A stretch of 54,122 bases of DNA, filler included, from Bipalium vagum (taxonomy: Eukaryota), in NCBI GenBank assembly GCA_037834085.1. It is 3 parts of 3 records of this genome, joined end to end, with 100 filler letters (N's around TTAATTAATTAA, not from the genome) between each part and the next. Parts side by side here need not be neighbours in the genome. Positions count along the whole stretch, not along the records: positions 38,538 to 54,122 come from JBBMKC010158438.1; 2 more parts are not named here. One strand, 5' to 3'. Positions 38,906 to 48,507 of this stretch are shown piece by piece. The notes beneath the pieces are model-generated. The model was not told where the DNA came from and ran no database searches. It saw nothing but the letters and a program-made list of their open reading frames with translations. Both the position numbers and the translations under genes were made by a program. Position 1 is the stretch's first letter. Every line of letters starts with the position of its first letter.

Positions 38906-39781
38906 TTAATCATGGTGTACCATGATGGGAGTCTTTATTACCTCCACCGGCTTGTAAGGAGCCTCTATCAAAAGAATACCATTGCCAAGAAGCGATGCCT
39001 TGAGATTATCGAGATCGACATTGGTGGGCACTTCGTGCTCATCGTTGAATTCTTTCGTGGTCTTATATCCATTGGAACCAATCTCTTCGTGCTTTGCCTT
39101 GATAACCACACGTGAACCCTTGACACGAACCGTTAGATCTTCGGGTTTGTACAAAGGATCTATTGAAATCTCTTCGACAAAATGTTTCGATTTTTCGATG
39201 ATAACATTTGGCGATCTTATGAAACTGTGATTGTTTCGAGCCGAATCATCGAAGGGGCTCACAGAACGACTGTGGGCCCGACGGTCCATTGTATTTAAGG
39301 TCGATGAATAGACAGGAGACGACAGCTGCGGTGACATATTGAAATTGACATGTTGAGGCGAAGCTCTTTGAATTGTAATCGGTCGACGGACAGGTGGATA
39401 CAATGTTGAATACGATTGCGGAAGAATGGGAATCCTAATTTCCAACAACCCATTATCAATATAAACCGATCGGAAATCTTTCTTCAAGTCGACATTGTTT
39501 GGTAAACTAATTTCTCTCTTCAATTCCTTATACTCAGATTCTTCATAATGACCTTGCAAACCTTGCTTGGTTCCCGATTTGGATTTTTTGGCATCAATAA
39601 TCAAATTCATTCCGCTCTGTTCGATACGTATTTCCGACGGATTGAATCCGTTGACGTCTACGGTGCACACATATTCAACGTCTCCGTTGCTCAATTTGTC
39701 ATATCTCGGAGCAATGGATCTTTCCATTGTATAACCGTGGGGCATTGTGGAATAATTTCCAAAATCTAAATTTCTGTTCAT
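38906..39781 (-). CDS. Small heat shock protein with two alpha-crystallin domains (flatworm p40/major egg antigen-like), 291 aa, intronless
   Basis: First ATG in the 308-aa ORF is at 39781 (MNRNLDF). ACD1: VDVNGFNPSEIRI..ELKREISLPNNVD..NGLLEIRIP. ACD2: IDPLYKPEDLTVRV..VIKAKHEE..VPTNVDLDNLKASLLGNGILLIEAP. AATAAA on minus strand at 38764-38769. Confidence 0.95.
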   Translation of the reverse strand: MNRNLDFGNYSTMPHGYTMERSIAPRYDKLSNGDVEYVCTVDVNGFNPSEIRIEQSGMNLIIDAKKSKSGTKQGLQGHYEESEYKELKREISLPNNVDLKKDFRSVYIDNGLLEIRIPILPQSYSTLYPPVRRPITIQRASPQHVNFNMSPQLSSPVYSSTLNTMDRRAHSRSVSPFDDSARNNHSFIRSPNVIIEKSKHFVEEISIDPLYKPEDLTVRVKGSRVVIKAKHEEIGSNGYKTTKEFNDEHEVPTNVDLDNLKASLLGNGILLIEAPYKPVEVIKTPIMVHHD

Positions 39782-39790
39782 CTTTCCAAT

Positions 39791-39824
39791 AATGAAATAT
39801 CGGTGAAATATCACTGGATTTATA
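39791..39824 (-). promoter_or_regulatory. Putative TATA box and initiator of the sHSP gene
   Basis: Minus-strand TATAAA at 39824-39819 and TCATT initiator-like motif at 39795-39791, 31 nt from the TATA T to the Inr A, just upstream of the ATG. Confidence 0.5.
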
Positions 39825-40384
39825 CTTGGCACATTTCACATTCACTTCAATCGACATGGTGAACACGCAGAAAATTGTTGAAATATTTTGTGCATTGGCC
39901 TGTCTTGCAAAATCAGAATGAATATATCAGTGCCATCATCGCCGTATTCTGCGTCGTTATTCCATTATGCATTCGATTATATAATGTCTGTGATTCACAG
40001 AAATAACAGAATTCATAGAAATATCAAACGGAACACATTTGCCAGAGCAAACACAATGGAAACAAGCGCATCATGTCATGACTTATCAAACATAATTTTT
40101 CTCGGTAATCCTTCAGTTAAGCACTGTAAAACAAATAAGACTGAGTTATTTCAATAAAAGCTACATTTAATGTAAAATTATACAGTTCAAAGCGTGTACT
40201 AGCGAGTAACAGTAGAGATAAAGACTGAGAATGCCGAACTGTTCTTATAATATCGTTCACGAATCATGAATTCGTGAGTGTGTCACGTGAACAGTGCCTC
40301 AGATGTGATAAACTTTTAATACTTTAAAATATTTTACGTCGCTTAACTGAGAGATTACCATTTTCTCTATATCAACAAATAAAG

Positions 40385-41805
40385 GGTTTTGCGTGTAATA
40401 TTAAAAAAGAAAATAAAAAATGATTAGTAACCTTTGCATTATTTTTTCTACCATTCTTTTACTGAAAATTGTAGAAAATCGAAATTGATTTTTTTTCGTT
40501 TTTTGTTTAAATTGATGTAAAAATTTTCAGAATTAAATTCAATTTTTAGACCAAATTTAATTGGATACTTAACATTTTATTGTTCGTATAATATTTGATT
40601 TTTACTATTCCGGAAAGTCATTCTTTTATTATTTCGTAATATTTCGGCACACACACACAAATTCCCAAAAATCATTTTCATATTTTTTCGGTTATTCTTT
40701 TTTAATTTTTATATTATATTTTCATTATATAAAACAATGAAAGTTGAAAAGGCTGAGCTTTATATTACCAAGAAAGCAAGAAATATATGTAATGTTTACT
40801 TTTTAATGTAACGTTTAAAAAAAAAGGGATATTATATGAAAATCAATAAAAATTTTACATTTTTCATCGTAGACAAGCATGTTACATTCTCAACCTTAAT
40901 TACTATTAATTAATAGCCCTGAGAGTTAAACATAATATCTTTGAAAGCTTATAATTTTTGTTGATTTTGGTTCATCTTTGAAGACCCAGGCAGACGACTG
41001 CAGCTTATTATCTGGCTGATAAGTACATATCAAGGACTGATCGCCTGTAATGATGTTGTAAACCGATTTTGACGCAGCGGAATTGAATTTCTTAAGAAGT
41101 TCTCTCGACAAATTCACAAGAGCAATTTTTTGAGCAATAGTTAACTTATATGGGGTGGAACAAGAACATTGTTTTCAAAGGATTCATGGAAATATCAAAA
41201 GCAATACATTTGGCAGATCACTCACAATAGAGACCATTTTATCAAACCTTATTTTTCTCCATATGACAAAATAAAATGATTTTATGTGTAATATTAAAAG
41301 AGAAGAACAATTATGAATAAATTTTGCATTATATTTCCTTCCATTCTTTTATTAAAAGTCAAAAAAGTGAAAAAGAATTTTTTCATTTTTTGTTTAAATT
41401 GTTGGAAAAAATCAATTTTTAGGCCTAATTATTCTTATTGAAATGATGAAAAAATTAATTGGTTAATTAACATTTTATTGTTAGTATAATATTTGTCTTT
41501 ATTATTCCGGGAAGACATTCTTTAATTATTTCGTAATATTTCGGCATACAAAAATTCCCAAAAAATGTGTTCAGATTTTTGAAGTTCTTCTTTATATTAG
41601 ATTTGTCATTATTTGTTACATGCAATGACGTTTTCAAGGTGGGAGCTTTATATAATCGAGAGACTCAGAAACCTAAAGTTTACTAGAAAACGTTTTAAAT
41701 AAATGTCATGTTATATAAAATCAATACATTTTTACTATGAACTTGTTTTAGAAAAATGTTACATCCTCAACCATGAACAATATTAATTTTAACCCTGATA
41801 GTTAA
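40385..41805 (+). repeat. Diverged direct duplication of ~540 bp (40385-40929 and ~41278-41805) around a mariner fragment
   Basis: Colinear shared blocks TGTAATATTAAAA, TTTGCATTAT, CCATTCTTTT, TTAACATTTTATTGTT, TTATTTCGTAATATTTCGGCA, AATTCCCAAAAA, GAGCTTTATAT, TGTTACAT.CTCAACC, CCCTGA.AGTTAA. Confidence 0.85.
40930..41200 (-). mobile_element. Mariner internal fragment
   Basis: LLKKFNSAASKSVYNIITGDQSLICTYQPDNKLQSSAWVFKDEP (I.TGDE.WIY.Y.PE.K.QS..WVF-like). Confidence 0.85.
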
Positions 41806-41929
41806 GGACAATATCTAGAATAGTAATTATCGATTGCTTTAATGTAACGGTAGTTAACAGAAAGCTATTTACCATAATGGACTCTACAGCACTTATTATC
41901 ATTGACTATTAGACAAGTGAATTAATTCA

Positions 41930-42200
41930 ATCCGTTTTTTAATACAATAAAACACTTTATTATGAAAAAAAAGTACATGTAGAGTAGTCAAATTCTTGAA
42001 GAAAAAAGATTGGTCTTCCGAAGTGATTCATTTATTGAGTGAATTTTTAAGATCTTCAAGATTGTTGAAGTCCAGGTCCAAAACACCATGTGTCATCGAT
42101 CGAAACAAATGATAATCACTCTGATCAATGCCCGGTAAGTACAGCGGGTGAGATAAAACATTGCAAACCAAATCTTCAAAACGTGGCCTTCCAACATTTG
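41930..42200 (-). mobile_element. Mariner 3' fragment
   Basis: Minus strand VLSHPLYLPGIDQSDYHLFRSMTHGVLDLDFNNLEDLKN. Confidence 0.75.
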
Positions 42201-45200
42201 ACCGATCGTTATTGTTTAGAAAGGTAATTCAGTCGTCTCATTTGAATAATTTGAGCAATTTTAACATAAGCTTCAATAAGCATTCGATGATCTTCAGGTC
42301 TTGTCTTTTTCAAATGGAAACAATAAATGAGCCCTTTCCGAAAATTTTGTTAATCCTTTTTTTTGGTTATATCCTTTATTCTTATATTAAGGTTTTATCT
42401 GTCCAAAATAGAACGTAGATAAACTGGTAATATTTTAAAACTAATCAATGAGAAGTTGGTCTAAGCAATCGAGGAAGTAATGTGCTAGAAAAGCAGGCCG
42501 GGTTAAAATATCAAGAGACAAAATGAAATTGAACATATGCCCGGCGAATATCTCCATGCTGGGAAAGTTTACAACTCTTTATTCATATTGAACATTTCAA
42601 CCCAGCTGTCGGAAAAACGATGAACGAATATTTCTTGATGATTTTGACTCTGTTTTCCTTTCAATTTAGAAGAAACTATTTTTAACAAGTCCCTTTTTGG
42701 TATTCAAAAATTCTATTTGTGCACAACCTGGTCAGGTATTTCGAAGACAAAATAATTGGATCTATTCTGTTGAAAAACGCCAGACAAATTTCTTTAATTT
42801 TGTTGTGTCATTTTATTTCCAGGCAAAACTTATCTTTTATGATTGTTTTCTCATGATAATGTAATAATGAACACAAAATCTAGGTTACTAAAAATCTTAG
42901 GATGGCCACTGGTTTTGGAATTGGTTGCAAAACTTGTATCGGTCAGATGGACAGATGTTGTTGACATTAAGTCCATGATCATCCACATCTAGACTACATC
43001 TCAATGAAAAAAATATACATATTCATACGTAAGCAGACGTACCTTTCAAAGACAACAAGCAAAAATTGTCATTCCAATTACTTATGGGTATAGTGTCAGA
43101 AGAGCTTTACTAACCCATTTGGTCTCAGTTATACTCGTATTGATAGAAACAGTATTATATGATAGAAAATGTGCAAAAGCTTGTTCAAAAATCTCTGAAT
43201 AGAACCCCTGATAATTAAACCTTTAGCTACAACTTTTATTATCTAAAATAATTATAAATAGATGTATCAAGGCTTCTATCCAGTCTCGATTATGTTAATC
43301 TGCAATAGAGTCGAACCCATATCATTAAGCATGACCGGATATTTATATAAAAAATTTTTCTATAATAATAATATTATTATATAATTATTATCATTATTAT
43401 TTTACGTCAAAGGCTACCCTCCCTAACATAAATCTTTCATTAATATTTTATTTTAGAGAAAAGGGCACAAGTTATTGATTTTTAATTTTCTTATTTTTAT
43501 TCTGTAAAGATTTTTTTAAAAATTATATAATAAATCCTAAAATTTTTAGTTAAAAATATTATTTTTATTATTTTACACCTAGTATATCAGTCACCAAATA
43601 AATAATTCCTTAACAATAATATTTTTTCCTTCTTTAATTTAATTTAAATATTTTAATTTTTATATATTTTTAAAATAAAATCAGTTGACTTAAATATGAA
43701 CCCTAATAAATACCCGTTCAAAGGTAAATTTAGACAAGAGCAGAGCTCCGTGGAGGTTTTAGACAACTAGACTATCTGACGAGAACAAGTCTTTTGTAAT
43801 ACAGATGGCTTTTTGAACCTCGAACTTAATTTAATTAACTCTCTTAATGACATGTTCTATCAATAACGAAATGCTCTGAGTCGAAAAATGAAATATCCAT
43901 CCCTTCAATTTTAACCAACAAATGCAATCTCTCTTGCAAAATTCCTATGACTAAATTTTCAATGTTTATTATAAATTATCGATATTAAAATTCATTAAGC
44001 CAATAATCCTTTAAGCGTAAGAATGACGTCAATAAACATTTTGAAAGTTAGTACGGTAGTATTCATTAATTGAAAATAGCGAACTTATCTAAACGTTCTG
44101 ATCCTATTATTTTCCTAATTGCTTTTCTTAATGGCTTAACTTGAGAATTTTAAAAATATTTTCTTCATTTTGAAAAAGATTCCATTCGTTTATTTTTTCT
44201 AATTTCAAAGTTTGAACTGTATAGGACAATCATTTTTGATTAATTTATTCATTCATTAAACAAACAAAATTAAATTTAAAGAACCTAAATTAAAATTTTT
44301 TTTACAAAAAGTAGTATCAAAATTTTCGTATAAAAAATAAAATAAAATTTTTGTCTGGTAATTTTTTTCCATATGAAAACAAAAATAAAACGTCTGCTTT
44401 GATATTTTTGTTTTAATTTTTGGAATGATTATCCTCTTTCGGTAGACATTATGTCTAGAGATTCTGTGAATTATTTATTATCTTTCTCCACGGGCTTTAT
44501 CTCTTTTATTTCACAATTCATCTGTTCAACAGAATCAGAATGAAACAGACTGTTAGAGAAAACAATGAGTGATTATTAGCTTAACACAATGATGCATAAC
44601 AACTGTGTGGTTGACATTATATTATTTATTTATTTATTTATTCTCACAGAAAAGTTGTGCATATATCAAATTAAAAAATCAACTTCAAAAGCAAATTGAC
44701 AGAAATGTACATACCAATGGTAAAAGATGTGTTAACAATTAAAACAAAAAAATTTAAATCAAATTTTTTTTGTTCAGCAAACGCTGTTGAAATAATAACA
44801 GAAGTCTATAGAGTTAAAACAACGCCTATGTGATAATTCAGTAACTGGTTATATACAATGATCGCTACCATTTGATTAAGCTACCAACCCTTCAAAGGTT
44901 TTCTTCCTGTGCTCAGATTTTATGTTCATTTTGTGAATATATTAACTCAATTTTCCAAAAATAAACTAATTTTCTGTTAATAATAATTATTATTAGTAAT
45001 ATTAAAATTATAAATTAAAACTTCAGATCCTTACTTACTAAAATATTATTATTAAAATTAAAAATAAAAAATAAATTTTAATTCGTAACCTTTTATAGGT
45101 TACACAACTGTTATTATTTATTTTGTTTCACTTAAATTATTTTCTGATATATAGAAAATAATATTATTATTATTTTATTTCTTTTCAAATCATTAATATA

Positions 45201-45279
45201 ATCGTTAATTAATATTATCCTTTTTCTTCTTTTTAATAATAATTTTAGATCAAAGCAACAATACTAATATATTTCACTA

Positions 45280-45509
45280 AATCCGATTATTAAACAGACT
45301 TTTCAAACATGAACCTCACCTTTTTTAAAAATTAAATTATTTACTTTATAAAAATTTACTAACATTTATTTAAAATATTTATTTATTTATTTAAAATTCG
45401 GTAACTTAATAATTTTTAAGAACTTTAAATTAAAAACATTTATAATTGTTAATTTAGGCACGAGGCCCTTATTTAAAAACATTCATGCAAACTAGTTCTT
45501 CGAATCACT

Positions 45510-45510
<1 letters not shown>
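45280..45510 (+). repeat. ~200-bp dispersed repeat, copy 2 of 3
   Basis: Similar to 4505-4710 and 53320-53527. Confidence 0.85.

Positions 45511-45580
<70 letters not shown>
45511..45580. repeat. (AAT)n microsatellite
   Basis: Perfect AAT run. Confidence 0.97.
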
Positions 45581-45709
45581 GTGAAATTAAAATGAGAAGA
45601 AAAGAAGATATTTTCGGACATTATATTTCAAAAAATATAACCATTATAATTGGTATAGAGCAAAGGCGTGATAATATTAAAAAACATTCTAGAATTCTTC
45701 ACAAAAAAA

Positions 45710-46036
45710 TCAGACTCCACATTTGAAAATCTGAACGGCGATGTTACCTCCATGGACCATATGGCAATATTTCGATTCTTCATACGTGACAAATCTAGAA
45801 AAAACAGAAACGATTGTGATACTTCAACGATTATCGAAATGACATTACGTTGTAAATTGTTTGCCGATTATAACGTGCCAGTATTGTTCAAATTGTTCGT
45901 CCAATGTCTTCTTGATCTTTTCCGCTCGTTCCTTTGCCGTCTCCGTTTCGTCGAAAACTCTTTTCACAATATTCAAGATCTCATTTGTCATATGAGCGTC
46001 CATTTTCGTTTCTTTAACTTCAACGCCTTTATTCAT
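45710..46036 (-). CDS. Dynein light chain, LC8 family (divergent), 90 aa, 2 exons
   Basis: Exons 46036-45849 and 45794-45710, with a 54-nt GT..AG intron (GTAATG..TTCTAG). Protein MNKGVEVKETKMDAHMTNEILNIVKRVFDETETAKERAEKIKKTLDEQFEQYWHVIIGKQFTTFVTYEESKYCHMVHGGNIAVQIFKCGV aligns end to end with LC8 (IKK..D, WH.I.G..F, VT.E, FK.G). TATAAAA on minus strand at 46086-46080. Confidence 0.93.
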
Positions 46037-47569
46037 TGTTGACAGATCGAAGAATAAAAAGATAATCCAAATTCCGTGGTTTTATATTTCTCATTGATCG
46101 TGCTGTTGATGCCGTGCTGGTTGCAGTGAGTTCAGAGAATTCATAGATTAGCGCCGTGTGCTTCCAAGAGTCTCGTGTGGGTGTGTATTTACATTAATGT
46201 GTATGTGTGTATTGACATTAATGTGTCGATGTGTATTCAAATTCAATTGCAGCCGATCAAATGGGTGTGTATGTGTATAGATGATGTGTGTGTGCATGTG
46301 TGTGGGTAAAACGAGTGACGGACAATCCATTGTTGTCTGTGAATGAAGATTGATGCTTCGTCTATTGTAATTGAATAATTTTGTTATTGATTTTTATTTT
46401 TATTTTATATTTTCTACCGTTTTTGTATGGGGAACCCATGTGTTTTAAATCATAATTATAATTAATAATATTATTTCGGAATTTATTAAGTATAAAAAAA
46501 AATTTCAACCAATAAATAAATATATGAGCACAGGCTGAAAAATACTCTTAAAATCTTGAGAGTGTATTTTTTCACAGAGATTTTTGAATAATAAGAGAAG
46601 TTTCTACAATTGAAAACGATGATCTCTTTAAGATGTTCGAAATACTTTCTGTAGATTACATAACTACAATGTATATAAATTGTGGAATGCGATACTTCGT
46701 AAAGGGTTTCGTATGAGAATTTTTGAAAAATAATTATGATCTCTCTGAATGTGTCTGCAGTTAGAGCAATAAATTATCAGTAATACTTTATAACTTGTGA
46801 CAACAAACTGACAAAAAAATATCTTCAGTGTAATTAATTTTTAATGACTCAGACAACCAATCAGGCAAATACCTCAATTATTTCACAAAATATTATTATT
46901 ATTATTATTATTATAATTATTATTATTATTGTTATTATTTTAATTTAAATTTTAACTATTTTATTTTTTGAATTTAATTTTTTAATATTAGTTTATAATA
47001 ATAATAATTATTATTATTATTACAGATTATGTTGAAAATACTTAAAAATAAAGGTATTGAAAAAAATTATATTTTAAATAATAATAACACATGTTCATAT
47101 TATTTTAATTAGAGATTTTTGAATGTGAAATTAATTAAAATAATTAAGTGATTAAATAACCAATAGTCTTAATTTTAATACTTTTCAAATAGGATTAAAA
47201 TTTCAGAAAGATGGTAAAAATTATTTTAGAGCATGTTAATTTCGTCGTTATCAAATTCAGATTATTAATACAAAAGTAATTTAAACATTTTTTGTTAAAA
47301 TGATATTGATTATTTTATTAATAAGATGAATGAGTTAATTATTGAATTGAATTAATTAAAAATTAATTAATTAGCTATTATTAATTATTGGTTTTTCTTT
47401 TATTATATTTATATTTTTTATATTTTTTGAAATATTTTGAATATTTTATTATTAATATAATAATTAATAAATTATTAAAATTACTTTGAAAAATATTTGA
47501 TTCTGAATATTATTAATAGAAAATTCTTGACATTTTTAAATATTATTTAAAATTATTTTGGTATTTTAT

Positions 47570-47725
47570 TATTAAAAATAATAAATAAATTATTAAAATA
47601 AATTAGAAAATTAATAAATAAATAAATTATTAAAATAAATTAGAAAATTAATAAATAAATAAATAATTAAAATTAATTAAAAAATTAATAAATAAATAAA
47701 TTATTAAAATAAATTAAAAAATTAT
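47570..47725. repeat. AT-rich minisatellite, ~39-bp unit
   Basis: AATAAATAAATAAATTATTAAAATAAATTAGAAAATT repeated about four times. Confidence 0.8.
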
Positions 47726-48507
47726 TTGATTCAGAGTATTATTAAAAAATTTTTATTTCTTTTAAATGTTTTTTTGAAATAATAATAATAATATTATTAA
47801 AAATAATAATATCATAATACAGTTTATCGGATATCTCCACGCTTTTATTTTTTCATTAAAGGAGTCATATTTTTCTAAAGAATCAAATGAACGAAGATTT
47901 TTCAGACAAATTGGAATTACAAATTAACAAAAAGATATGACAAGTCCCATTTTTGTTCACCATTAATTGAGCACAACTGGTCCTTCAAATAATACTATAG
48001 ACATAAAGGATTCTGCAGCTGGTATCTGTCTTTGCTAATAGTATATATATATTTTATAATTTTTAGTAATTTGAATTGAGCGCCTAAATGAATATTAAAA
48101 CAAGCATCTCTTTTTCATACTATAAAGAAAGAAATAATAAATAATAAATACTTATTACAAGTTTTTAAACTTTAATGTGAATATATAAAAACTATCATTT
48201 TTTGTTGGACACAATAATAATTTATCAAGGTATATGTTTTAGAAGAGATGCCAGATTCTTTGATTAGATCAAAATGAAGAAAACAAAAATTTTATACCAA
48301 AATTTTCATTTTTTAAAATTTTTTATATCGTTACTAACGCAAAATAAAAAAATTCAATTACAAAAATACTAATACAATTAGATAAACAAAAAAAAAGGAT
48401 TTAACCCAATTTTAAAATATAAAATCTTATATAATCTATAAATGATAATTATAATATTATTGATTTATTGATTGTCCATTATATATTGAAATTGAGTTGC
48501 CAAGTGT

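Noticed and set aside
38876-39769. Plus-strand ORFs overlapping the sHSP
   Set aside because: Antisense shadows of a real CDS.
39782-39832. N-terminal extension MPSINPVIFHRYFIIGK of the sHSP in the ORF track
   Set aside because: It begins at GTG and overlaps the putative TATA/Inr; the first ATG is at 39781.
45668-46042. 124-aa plus-strand ORF
   Set aside because: Antisense shadow of the LC8 gene, with a non-ATG start.
46148-46330. 60-aa His/Thr-rich ORF
   Set aside because: Translation of degenerate CA/TG repeats upstream of the LC8 gene.
47960-48035. Minus-strand terminal exon QRQIPAAESFMSIVLFEGPVVLN*
   Set aside because: Short, no upstream partner exon, no recognisable homology.
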